This document shows positions 28,568 to 36,870 of a DNA stretch of 37,451 bases, one piece after another. The stretch comes from Alphaproteobacteria bacterium (GTDB lineage: Bacteria; Pseudomonadota; Alphaproteobacteria; UBA7887): positions 1-37,451 of the forward strand of contig DASWHU010000042.1 of assembly GCA_036398035.1 (NCBI GenBank), written 5' to 3'. Both the position numbers and the translations under genes were made by a program. Every line of letters starts with the position of its first letter. The stretch's first letter is position 1. The notes under the pieces were generated by a model, which had not been told where the DNA came from, did no database searches, and saw nothing but the letters and a program-made list of their open reading frames with translations.

Positions 28568-28681
28568 CGCACCTCACCCCAGTTCGCGCGTCGCCCATGC
28601 CCGGCCGGCGCCACTTGCCACGTGCGGAGAGTCTTCCCGGGCGCCGTCATGGTGGCGTACGCTGGCGCCGCCGCACGGCGT

Positions 28682-28715
28682 CAAATCCTCGTCAGGGCGG
28701 CGCAAATCCGGGTCA
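28682..28715. promoter_or_regulatory. candidate regulator-binding direct repeats in the divergent promoter region
   Basis: caaatcctcgtca (28682-28694) and caaatccgggtca (28703-28715). 11 of 13 positions identical, start-to-start spacing 21 bp (two helical turns). Confidence 0.35.
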
Positions 28716-28817
28716 CCGCCGCGCAGCGTCGGCACTCGCGGGCCGAGAAACCCCGTTTGCCCAAGCCCCGCCCGGGGGTAAGCTTGAGCGCCGTCGCCGA
28801 AGGGCGCGAGACAAGGG

Positions 28818-30971
28818 GTGGCGAATCACGTGGCGATAGCGGGCGTTTCCGTACGGCTGCTCGGCAGGCTCGAGGTCCGTTCATGCGAGGGGGCCGAGAT
28901 CCCCGTGCCCGGTCGAATGGCCCAGGCGTTTCTCGGTTACCTCGCCGCGCATTCGGAGCTGGCTGAGGGCCGCGAGACCCTTGCCGGCTTGTTCTGGGGC
29001 GACCGCTTTCGTGACCAGGCGCGCCACAGCCTGCGCCAGACCGTGCTGGTGTTGCGCAAGGCTTTCGAGGATGCGGGAGCGCAGGCGCTGGCGGCCGACG
29101 CCCATAGCGTCGCGCTCGACCCCGCAGTCGTCACGGTCGACGTGCAGCGTTTTCGGGCGCTCGCTGCCAGCGAGCAACGCGCCGACCTCGACGAGGCCTG
29201 CGCCCTCTATCGCGGTGAACTCTTGGCCGACGTGTCAGTGCGAGCGGACGGCTTCACCACTTGGCTCGACCGCGAGCGCGAGCAGCTGCGACAGCTGGCC
29301 GCGGACGCGTTCATGCGCCTCGCCCGGCTCGAGGCCGCGGAAGGCGCCCACGATGCCGCCATTGCCGCCGCCACTAGGGCGCTCGCGATCGAGCCGGCAC
29401 TTGAGGACTGTCATCGCGAGCTGATGCGCCTCTACCGGCTTCAGGGCAACCGATCGGCGGCTTTGCGCCAGTACCAGGCATGCGTCGAGGCGTTGCGGCG
29501 CGAGCTCGATGTCGACCCTGACCCGGCCACGGTCCGTCTGGCCGACGAGATCCGGGCCGCCAGGGACACGCCGCCGCCGACCGCGACCGGCGGGTCGACG
29601 CAGCCCGCCCAGCCGTCGCAGTGGCGCACTTGGCTGCCGTCGCGCCGTTGGCGGCGGCTGTCGCCCTACCTCGCCGGCGGCCTGCTGCTGCTGCTCGGCG
29701 CGATCGGCGGAGTGGCGCTACTGACCGGCGTCGAGCGCGTGCGCGAGGAGGCGCGCCAGGAGCGGATGCTTTTCCCGCTGCCGGCGCAGCCCTCGATCGT
29801 GGTCTTGCCGTTCAAGAACCTGAACCGCGACCCGGCCTATCAGGTGATGGTCGACGGCATGACCGAAGAGATCACCGCCGCGCTGTCGATGGTCTCGGAG
29901 ATGTTCGTGATCGCGCGCACCACCGCTCTCACCTACCGCGACCGGGCGGTCGACGTGCGCGAGGTGGCCGAGGAGCTCGGCATCCGCTACGTGCTCGACG
30001 GTGCAGTTCAGGTCGAGGAGGACCGCTTGCGCGTGCTGGTCGAGCTGGTCGACGCGATCGAGAACCGCCAGGTGTGGACGCACCGCTACGAGCGTGAGAT
30101 GACCAGCCTGTTCGAGATCAACGACGACATTACCCTCGAGGTGGTCACCGGCCTTCAGGTCCAGATTACCGAGGGCGAGCAGGACCGGATCTCCTTGGTG
30201 CACGGCACCGACAACCTGCAAGCCTGGCTGGTCGCCGGGCGCGCCCTCCAGCACCTTAGGCGCCTGACGCGCGAGGACAACGCGCGCGCCCGCGGCCTGT
30301 ATAGGCAGGCGATCGCCCTCGACCCGTCCTATCCCGGCGCCTACGACGGGCTGTCCTGGACCTATTTCATCGACGCCCGCTTCGGCTGGACGGAACGGCC
30401 CGACGAGGCCATTCGCCAGGCCGGCGAGCTCGCTCAGCGCACGCTCGAGCTGGACCCGGAGCGGCCGGCGACTTACGCCCTGCTGGGGGGCGTCCAGCTG
30501 ATGCTCGGCAACCACGACCAGGCGGTGGCGCTGGCCGAGAAGGCGGTCGAACTCAGCCCGAGCGGCGCCGACGTGACCGCGATCCTCGCCTTGATCCTGA
30601 CCTATGTCGGCGACTACCGGCGCAGCGTCGCGCTGTTTCAACGCGCGATGCGGCTCAGCCCCTCCTATCCCGACTGGTATCGCTGGTCGTTGGGGCGGGC
30701 CTATCGGCTGCTCGGGCGCCATCGCGATGCCGAGGCCACGCTCGCTTTCGAGGCGACGGAAGCCGGCGGCTCGATCGCGCCGCTGGTCGAGCTCGCCGCG
30801 ACCTATGCCGAGTTCGGCAAGATGCGCGAGGCGCGCCAGGTCGCCCGGCGGGTGGCGGCGGTGGCGCCCGGCTTTTCGGCGACCGCCTGGACGCGCATGC
30901 CGCCGCACCGCGACCAGGCGACCGCCGCCGCCGAACGCGCCGCCCTGATTCGCGCCGGACTTCCCGAGTAG
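28818..30971 (+). CDS. membrane-spanning SARP/BTAD-family transcriptional regulator with periplasmic TolB-N-like and TPR domains
   Basis: N-terminal wHTH plus BTAD (VRLLGRLEV..., LFWGD...ARHSLRQTVLVLRKA, VDVQRF, ...CHRELMRLYRLQGNRSAALRQYQ). One TM (LAGGLLLLLGAIGGVALLTGV). SIVVLPFKNLNRDP...DGMTEEITAALS module. C-terminal TPR-like repeats. Confidence 0.8.
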   Translation: MANHVAIAGVSVRLLGRLEVRSCEGAEIPVPGRMAQAFLGYLAAHSELAEGRETLAGLFWGDRFRDQARHSLRQTVLVLRKAFEDAGAQALAADAHSVALDPAVVTVDVQRFRALAASEQRADLDEACALYRGELLADVSVRADGFTTWLDREREQLRQLAADAFMRLARLEAAEGAHDAAIAAATRALAIEPALEDCHRELMRLYRLQGNRSAALRQYQACVEALRRELDVDPDPATVRLADEIRAARDTPPPTATGGSTQPAQPSQWRTWLPSRRWRRLSPYLAGGLLLLLGAIGGVALLTGVERVREEARQERMLFPLPAQPSIVVLPFKNLNRDPAYQVMVDGMTEEITAALSMVSEMFVIARTTALTYRDRAVDVREVAEELGIRYVLDGAVQVEEDRLRVLVELVDAIENRQVWTHRYEREMTSLFEINDDITLEVVTGLQVQITEGEQDRISLVHGTDNLQAWLVAGRALQHLRRLTREDNARARGLYRQAIALDPSYPGAYDGLSWTYFIDARFGWTERPDEAIRQAGELAQRTLELDPERPATYALLGGVQLMLGNHDQAVALAEKAVELSPSGADVTAILALILTYVGDYRRSVALFQRAMRLSPSYPDWYRWSLGRAYRLLGRHRDAEATLAFEATEAGGSIAPLVELAATYAEFGKMREARQVARRVAAVAPGFSATAWTRMPPHRDQATAAAERAALIRAGLPE

Positions 30972-31048
30972 TCCTAGCAGGCCGGGGGCTTGGCGATCCC
31001 ATCGCCCTTCGAGACGCCGCCACACGAATCGTCACATGCACGGTGCTC

Positions 31049-31143
31049 GGCTGTTGCGCGACGCGCCCGGCGCCGGTATCGATGCGATGCGCGACGGCGC
31101 CCGCGTGCGCCTGGGCGCGGAAACCGGCAGAGGCAAGGCATGA
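31049..31143 (+). pseudogene. orphan 3' fragment of the HpcH aldolase gene
   Basis: In-frame translation LLRDAPGAGIDAMRDGARVRLGAETGRGKA* equals the aldolase C-terminus apart from 2 residues. No upstream coding continuity. Confidence 0.8.
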
Positions 31144-31172
31144 GCAAGTTCCGGGTCGCCATCTCGGGCGAC
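31049..31172 (+). repeat. right copy of the 124-bp direct repeat
   Basis: See the left copy. This copy provides the start of the intact dehydrogenase gene. Confidence 0.95.
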
Positions 31173-32180
31173 CTTCTCAAGGACGACGGCACTCCGGCGA
31201 TCCCCGAGTTCGACCTGTCCCGGCTCGAGCGCGAGGCCGACGTCGAGTATGCCTACGTGGGGCGTGGCCCGGTGCTCGATGCGGGCGAGCTCGAGGACTT
31301 CGACGCCCTGATCCTGATGATGCCGCGCTTCGCGCCGGCTAGCGTGCCTAAGAGCGGCCGCCTGGCGGTGGTCGCGCGCGGCGGCGTCGGCTACGACACG
31401 GTCGACGTCGCCGCCTGCACCGAGGCCGGGATCGCGCTGGTCATCACGCCCGATGCGGTGCGCCGGCCGGTGGCGGTGATGGTGATCACCTTCATGCTGG
31501 CGCTGTCCGGGCACCTGTTCGCGCTCGACCGCATCACCCGCAAGGGGCCGTGGCGGGCGCGCACCGACTACATGGGGGTGGGGCTGATCGGGCGCACCTT
31601 CGGCCAGATCGGCATCGGCAACATCGGCGCCGAGACCTTGCGGCTGGCGAGGCCGTTCGGGCTCGAGCTGATCGCCCACGACCCGTATGTCGACCCGTCC
31701 ATCGCCAAGGACCTCGGCGTCAGGCTGGTCGATATGGAGACCGTGTTCCGCGACAGCGACTTCCTGTCGGTGAGCTGCCCGCTCAACGACGAGACCCGCG
31801 GCCTGGTCAACGCCCGGCGGCTCGCGCTGATGAAGCCAACCGCGTTCCTGATCAACACCTCGCGCGGGCCGGTGGTCGACCAGAGGGCGCTGACCGACGC
31901 GCTCAGGCGGCGGGCGATCGCCGGCGCCGGGCTCGACGTGCTGGAGAAGGAGCCGCCGGACCCCGCCGACCCGATCCTCACCCTCGACAACGTCATCGTC
32001 ACCCCGCACGCGCTGTGCTGGACCGACCAGATGTTCGCGACCATGGCGGAGAAGGACATCGACGCCTGCCTCGCCGTGATGCGCGGGCGGGCGCCGCAGA
32101 ACGTGGTCAACAAGGCGGTGCTGGATTCGCCGCGTTTTACCGACAAACTCACGGCCTACCGGAACGCATTCGGCAAGTAG
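31140..32180 (+). CDS. D-isomer-specific 2-hydroxyacid dehydrogenase family protein
   Basis: GQIGIGNIGAE (GxGxxG), INTSRGPVVDQRAL, GAGLDVLEKEP and TPHA motifs. ATG at 31140 corresponds to the coupled start seen at 24340. The ORF-track start at 30990 is rejected. Confidence 0.88.
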   Translation: MSKFRVAISGDLLKDDGTPAIPEFDLSRLEREADVEYAYVGRGPVLDAGELEDFDALILMMPRFAPASVPKSGRLAVVARGGVGYDTVDVAACTEAGIALVITPDAVRRPVAVMVITFMLALSGHLFALDRITRKGPWRARTDYMGVGLIGRTFGQIGIGNIGAETLRLARPFGLELIAHDPYVDPSIAKDLGVRLVDMETVFRDSDFLSVSCPLNDETRGLVNARRLALMKPTAFLINTSRGPVVDQRALTDALRRRAIAGAGLDVLEKEPPDPADPILTLDNVIVTPHALCWTDQMFATMAEKDIDACLAVMRGRAPQNVVNKAVLDSPRFTDKLTAYRNAFGK

Positions 32181-32213
32181 GGCGCCGGCTCTCGTTGAGG
32201 CACGAGTTGCAAA

Positions 32214-32328
32214 CCTCATGCTTCGAGACGCCCGCTTTGCGGGCTCCTCAGCATGAGGTGAATTGGAGTCAAGGGTGTTTAGAGCCTCATCCTGAGGAGG
32301 GCCTCAGGCCCGTCTCGAAGGATGAGGC
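32214..32328. repeat. pair of inverted REP-like palindromic units
   Basis: Unit 1 (32214-32258): cctcatgct...agcatgagg, with an inner gcccgc-ttt-gcgggc stem. Unit 2 (32284-32328): gcctcatcct...aggatgaggc. cttcgagacg in unit 1 is inverted as cgtctcgaag in unit 2. Matches a repeat type widespread in alphaproteobacterial intergenic regions. Confidence 0.7.
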
Positions 32329-32367
32329 GGGCAACCGCATTTTGTGATTCGAAGTATCGTGGTGCAG

Positions 32368-34503
32368 ATGAGCGGCCTGCGCGACCTGACGCCGTTGCTG
32401 AAGCCGAGGTCGGTGGCGATCATCGGCGCGACGCCCGACGCGCGCCGCCCGGGCGGCCGGCCGCTCGACTACCTGCGCCGGTTCGGCTTCGCCGGGCCGA
32501 TCTATCCGGTCAACCCGCGCTATCGCGAGATCGCCGGCGTGCGCTGCTACGCGAGCGTCGCCGACATCGCCGAGGCGCCCGACATGGCGGTGGTCTCGGT
32601 GCCGGCGGCGGCGACCCTGGACGCGGTGCGCGACTGTCAGCGCGCAGGCGTGCCGGCGATGACCATCTACACCTCGGGCTTCGGCGAGACCGGCGCAGAA
32701 GGCAAGGCGCTCGAGGCCGAGCTGATCGCGCTCGCCGAGGCCAAAGGCACGCTGATCTGCGGGCCCAACTGCCAAGGGGTGGCCAACTTCCACGACCGCA
32801 TGGTCGCCAACTTCACCTCGGCGCTCGCCAACGAGGGGATCGATGCCGGCGGCATCGGCTTCGTCAGCCAGAGCGGCCTGTTCGCCGGCATCGTCACCGC
32901 CGAGTTCCGCCGCCGCGGGCTCGGCCTCGGCTATCTGGTGTCGAGCGGCAACGAGGCGGTGGTCGACTTCGCCGACGTGCTCGCGTTCATGGCCAGGGAC
33001 GAGCGCATCCGGGTGGTCGCCGGCTACCTCGAGGGCGTGCGCGACGGGCGCAAGCTCGCCGAGGCGGCGGCGGTGGCGCGCGAGTTAGCCAAGCCGGTGG
33101 TGCTGATCAAGGTCGGCCGCTCGCAGGACAGCGCCGCGGCTGCGGCCTCGCACACCGGTGCGCTCGCCGGCGCCTACGCGGTCTACGCCGCCGCGCTCGC
33201 CCAGTGGGGCATCCTCGAGGCCGACTCGATCCCGGAGCTGTTCGACCTGATCGAGACCTTCGCGGTCGGCGCGCGGCCGGCGCGCGGCGACCGGGTCGGC
33301 GTGATCACCAACTCGGGCGGCATCGGCGTCTATTGCGCCGACAAGGTGCGCGAGTGCGGCCTCACGATGGCGAGCTTCGCCAGCGGCACGGTCGAGGCGC
33401 TGAAGGCGCGCCTGCCCGCCTTCGGCTCGGCGCGCAACCCGGTCGACTTCACGCTGCAGGCCTACACCGACCCCGAGTCGGTCGGCGCGCATCTGAGGAA
33501 CGTGGTGCTCGATGACGGCGTCGACGTGGCGCTCGCCTTCTTCGGCATCCAGCTGCTCAACGTCGATGCGGTGGTCGACCAGGTCGCGGCGGCGAATGCG
33601 CTCAACGACAAGCCGGTGCTGGTCGGCTGGATGCTGGGCGATGCGTCCGGCCCGCCGCGCCTGCGCGCCGCCGGCATCCCGTGCTTCGACGACCCGCTGG
33701 CGGCGATCAAGGCGGCCAAGGCGCTGGTCCGTCAGGGGCGGATCGCCGCGACCGCAGCCGCGACGCGAACGCCCCATGCGATGGATGCGGCAGCGGCGTT
33801 GGTCGCCGGGCACGCGCCCGGCGCGCTCAGCGAAAGCGAGGCGCGCGCGGTGCTCGCGGCGGCCGGGATCGCGCCGGTGCCGGGCGCGCGGGCGGCCGAC
33901 GCCGAGGCCGCGGTGGCGGTCGCGCGCGAGATCGGCTACCCGGTGGTGCTCAAGGTCGACTCGCCCGACATCGCCCACAAGACCGAGGCCGGCGGCGTCG
34001 CGCTCGATGTCCGCGACGACGACGGCGTGCGCGCGGCCTTTGCGGCAATCACGGCGGCCGCCCGCGCGCATGTGCCCAAGGCGCGCATCCGCGGCGTCGG
34101 CGTCTACCGCATGGTGCGGGGCGGGGTCGAGATGATCTGCGGGCTGAGCCGCGATCCGGCGTTCGGGGCGGTGGTCCTGGTCGGCAGCGGCGGCATCCTG
34201 GTCGAGGTGATCGAGGACACCGCCCTCGGGGTCGCGCCGCTGGAGGAGGCCGATGCCGAGCGCATGATTGCCTCGCTCAAGGGTGCCGCGCTGCTCGCCG
34301 GCGTGCGCGGCCGCCCGCCCGCCGACACGCGCGCGCTGACCGAGGTGCTGCTCAGGCTGTCCGACCTCGCGCGCGCCTGTCCGGCCATTGCCGAGCTCGA
34401 CATCAACCCGTTGCTGGTGCTGCCCGAGGGCAAGGGCGCGCTTGCCGCCGACGCGCTGATCACCCTCGGCGGCGAGGCCGGTCGAAAGGCCGACTCCAAA
34501 TGA
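32368..34503 (+). CDS. ADP-forming acyl-CoA synthetase (acetate--CoA ligase family: CoA-binding, ligase-CoA and ATP-grasp domains)
   Basis: RSVAIIGAT...IYPVNPRY...GPNCQG in the N-terminal domains. C-terminal ATP-grasp (GYPVVLKV...HKTEAGGV). ATG at 32368 is preferred over GTG at 32344. Confidence 0.88.
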   Translation: MSGLRDLTPLLKPRSVAIIGATPDARRPGGRPLDYLRRFGFAGPIYPVNPRYREIAGVRCYASVADIAEAPDMAVVSVPAAATLDAVRDCQRAGVPAMTIYTSGFGETGAEGKALEAELIALAEAKGTLICGPNCQGVANFHDRMVANFTSALANEGIDAGGIGFVSQSGLFAGIVTAEFRRRGLGLGYLVSSGNEAVVDFADVLAFMARDERIRVVAGYLEGVRDGRKLAEAAAVARELAKPVVLIKVGRSQDSAAAAASHTGALAGAYAVYAAALAQWGILEADSIPELFDLIETFAVGARPARGDRVGVITNSGGIGVYCADKVRECGLTMASFASGTVEALKARLPAFGSARNPVDFTLQAYTDPESVGAHLRNVVLDDGVDVALAFFGIQLLNVDAVVDQVAAANALNDKPVLVGWMLGDASGPPRLRAAGIPCFDDPLAAIKAAKALVRQGRIAATAAATRTPHAMDAAAALVAGHAPGALSESEARAVLAAAGIAPVPGARAADAEAAVAVAREIGYPVVLKVDSPDIAHKTEAGGVALDVRDDDGVRAAFAAITAAARAHVPKARIRGVGVYRMVRGGVEMICGLSRDPAFGAVVLVGSGGILVEVIEDTALGVAPLEEADAERMIASLKGAALLAGVRGRPPADTRALTEVLLRLSDLARACPAIAELDINPLLVLPEGKGALAADALITLGGEAGRKADSK

Positions 34504-34684
34504 ATGATTAACAATCAAACGATCACGGCACCCCACGTCACGTCTTGTCAGTCCCGCTTTCGAGCGTGTGAAGGAATCGGGAGATTGCCCGGATTTGTGG
34601 CCAGCCCGAGCACGGGGGGTAAGGATGAGGAGACTTTGAGTTTCGGTTCGCGGCTGGATCATGGGCGTTGCCTCGCGGGCGTGA

Positions 34685-34942
34685 TCATGCTGCGACGAGC
34701 GGGCGCGGCAGCCAGCGCCGCCAGCCGAGCGCGATGCCGCGGCGGATATCGTGGGCGATGGCGTGCAACAGCGCCGCGCATCGGACTTTGTCCAGTCCGC
34801 GCGGACGGAAGCGATGCAGGCCGTGGTTCTTGAAGTCGGCATTGACGGTCTCGATCCGGCGGCGCCGCCGGTTGACGGCTTTGCCGTCCTCGCCGGCCAT
34901 GCGCGCCCGCCTCTCCGTCAGGGTTGCCGGCTCCTTGCTCAT
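34685..34942 (-). pseudogene. C-terminal fragment of an IS5/IS1182-superfamily DDE transposase
   Basis: The 85-aa ORF ...MAGEDGKAVNRRRRRIETVNADFKNHGLHRFRPRGLDKVRCAALLHAIAHDI resembles the conserved transposase C-terminus (EEGK...R...E.VF...K...G.RRF..RGL.KV). No catalytic N-terminal part is present. Confidence 0.5.
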
Positions 34943-35119
34943 CGGCCTCGCCAGTCCGGCCTCGTTGCGCCGTCTCTTGCGGCAACGCCGCGAGCCTGGT
35001 CCGCACCGCCGCGGCCCGGCTCTCGACCCCGCGCGCCGGCCACCTCGCGCGCCGCCCGCCCGGGCCGGTCGCAGCGGGCGGTACCGGCACCGGCCGGTCC
35101 TGGTGTAAGGTCCATCCGT

Positions 35120-35206
35120 GCCCGCTTGGCGGAACTGGTAGACGCACGGGACTTAAAATCCTGAGGCCCTCGGGCCGTGTCGGTTCGAATCCGGCAGCGG
35201 GCACCA
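35120..35206 (+). tRNA. tRNA-Leu (anticodon UAA), class II with long variable arm, CCA encoded
   Basis: Acceptor stem GCCCGCU/AGCGGGC. D stem GCG/CGC. Anticodon stem CGGGA/UCCUG with loop CUUAAAA. Variable hairpin GGCCCUCGGGCC. T arm GUCGG-UUCGAAU-CCGGC. 3' ACCA. Confidence 0.95.
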
Positions 35207-35334
35207 GCGCAGGCGACCGGTCGGAGACACTGCCATCACCTGACTTTTGCACCACACCGGCGGGGTGCCTTGACGGGTCAGTGCCTGACCAGGGCACAGG
35301 CGGTCGATTTCGAAAGGAGAGCTCGCCGCCGAAC

Positions 35335-35415
35335 CGCCTTTCTCGGGATGCCGTGCAGGCCGAGCAGGTGACGGTGATCGCGGACGCCGGCTACTCCAAC
35401 GGCAAGCGGGGGTGA
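35335..35415 (+). pseudogene. short transposase scrap (DDE-region-like VIADAGYSNG)
   Basis: The frame ends ...AEQVTVIADAGYSNGKRG*. The ADAGY motif is typical around the second catalytic Asp of IS4/IS5-type transposases. Very short. Confidence 0.3.
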
Positions 35416-35495
35416 CGATGAAGGTGGCGCGACGGGCCGTCTTCTTTCCAAGATGAAGCCCCATTTTGGGCCAGGCTCTAGGCGGGCCAGAGGGT

Positions 35496-36146
35496 ATGGC
35501 AGCAGCAGTGGAGATCGTCGCCGGGTTCCGGGCGCTCGCGACCAGCACCATCGGCAACGTCCTCGACGAGCTCGGGGTGGGCGGCCTGATCGTCAATTTG
35601 CGGCCGCTGGTCGCGAAGCGCCCGTTCTGCGGCCCGGCGGTCACCGCGCAGGAGACTCACGGCCCGTTCGGGAGCTATGCGCCCGAGGACTTCCGGGTCG
35701 GCGCGATCCTCGATGCCGCCGGCGCGGGCGATGTGTTGGTGATCGCCAACGACGGCGCGCAGGTCTCGACCTGGGGCGGCCTCGCCTCGCTCGCCGCCAA
35801 GCGCAAGGGCATTGCCGGCGCGGTGATCGACGGCGGCGCGCGCGACGCGGACGAGATCGAGGCGTGCGGCTTCTCGGTCTATGCCCGCCACCTGGTGGCG
35901 ACGGGCGGGCGCAAGCGCATCCGTGTCGACGCGATCGGCGTGCCCGTCGTGGTCGACGGCGTCGCGGTCAGCCCCGGCGACATCATCGTCGCCGACTCGA
36001 CCGGCATCGCCTGCGTGCCGGCCGCCGCCGCGGAACAGGTCCTGCGCCTCGCGCGCCAGTTCGACGCCAACGACCGCGCCTCGGCGAAGCTGCTCGATCA
36101 GGGCCTCAGCCTCGCCGACGCCATGCGCCGCTACGACACGATCTAG
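35496..36146 (+). CDS. RraA-family protein (RNase E regulator / 4-hydroxy-4-methyl-2-oxoglutarate aldolase family)
   Basis: TSTIGNVLDELG, GDVLVIANDG, WGGLASLAAKRKGIAGAVIDGGARD, and DGVAVSPGDIIVADSTG. Confidence 0.85.
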   Translation: MAAAVEIVAGFRALATSTIGNVLDELGVGGLIVNLRPLVAKRPFCGPAVTAQETHGPFGSYAPEDFRVGAILDAAGAGDVLVIANDGAQVSTWGGLASLAAKRKGIAGAVIDGGARDADEIEACGFSVYARHLVATGGRKRIRVDAIGVPVVVDGVAVSPGDIIVADSTGIACVPAAAAEQVLRLARQFDANDRASAKLLDQGLSLADAMRRYDTI

Positions 36147-36254
36147 CGCACGCCGCCGGCCGCGTACGCCTTCCTGCCCGGATCACGTCAAGGGAAAGAG
36201 GTCAGGCTCGGAAAACGGGTTCGTTCGACGGCAAGACCGTCGCAACCTCCCGCG

Positions 36255-36692
36255 TCAGGGCTGCTGGATCGACTGGATGTAGTACACGAGCTCCAGCACG
36301 CGCGCCCGCACCCAAAATTCGTTTGATTCGTCGGGTCCATATTCGGACACATACTGCCGCATGTAGCGGTCGCCCCAGACCGGCATGTCTCGATCGCCAT
36401 GCGCGGCCACCTCGGCGCGCCCGTCGATAACTTGCAACACCCGATCGAACGGAAATACGCCCCCGTTGTTCTTGGCGAGTTGGGTCAGATCGCCGGGATC
36501 CATGCCTTTAAAGAGCCTCATCAGAAAACCCGCGCCCTTGCCGTCGACGCCGTGGCACGACGCGCAGGAGTTTCTGAACTCGCCTGCGCTCGGTTCGAGG
36601 TTCATCCGCACGTCCTGCGCGCTCGCCGAAGCCGTCGGGATCAGGATCAGCGCGGCCGCCGCCGCAAAAGCGCGATGTAACGGGCTCATCAT
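36255..36692 (-). CDS. class I c-type cytochrome
   Basis: Signal peptide MMSPLHRAFAAAAALILIPTASASA. Haem motif CASCH. A Met (DMPVWG) lies downstream as the likely sixth ligand. Confidence 0.85.
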   Translation of the reverse strand: MMSPLHRAFAAAAALILIPTASASAQDVRMNLEPSAGEFRNSCASCHGVDGKGAGFLMRLFKGMDPGDLTQLAKNNGGVFPFDRVLQVIDGRAEVAAHGDRDMPVWGDRYMRQYVSEYGPDESNEFWVRARVLELVYYIQSIQQP

Positions 36693-36870
36693 GTTTGGGC
36701 ACCTTACGACATGCTCATCATCGTTGCGCTTAAGGCTCCTCGCAATCGCAAGGAGTGTCCTTAATGTGTGTTAATCAGGCATTCCCCAACTGGCTTTCCC
36801 TTGGTGATGCAATGGCCGGCACGCGGGGATAGCCAGGGCTCTCTTGTCTCCGGTTCGCGTCGGATGCCAA

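Larger units (their letters stand above)
24249..31172. mobile_element. 6.8-kb inserted islet bounded by 124-bp direct repeats (no recombinase gene)
   Basis: 124-bp repeats at 24249-24372 and 31049-31172. The interior has foreign gene content and a low-GC tail. The interrupted genes are otherwise an overlapping pair. Confidence 0.6.

Noticed and set aside
30990-31139. Upstream extension of the dehydrogenase ORF to 30990
   Set aside because: The extension is Arg-rich and reads the duplicated aldolase 3' fragment in a different frame. The ATG at 31140 is the same coupled start seen at the left repeat copy.
24249-31172. Integrase, transposase, relaxase, reverse transcriptase (DGR acting on the lipoproteins) or toxin-antitoxin genes inside the islet
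   Set aside because: I read all six frames of the ORF track for the interval and found no candidate. The islet is therefore described as non-autonomous rather than as a defined ICE, IS or prophage.
34636-34660. Possible att-like copy of the tRNA-Leu 3' end (tcggttcg)
   Set aside because: Only 8 nt match the T-arm region, which is within chance expectation for this composition.
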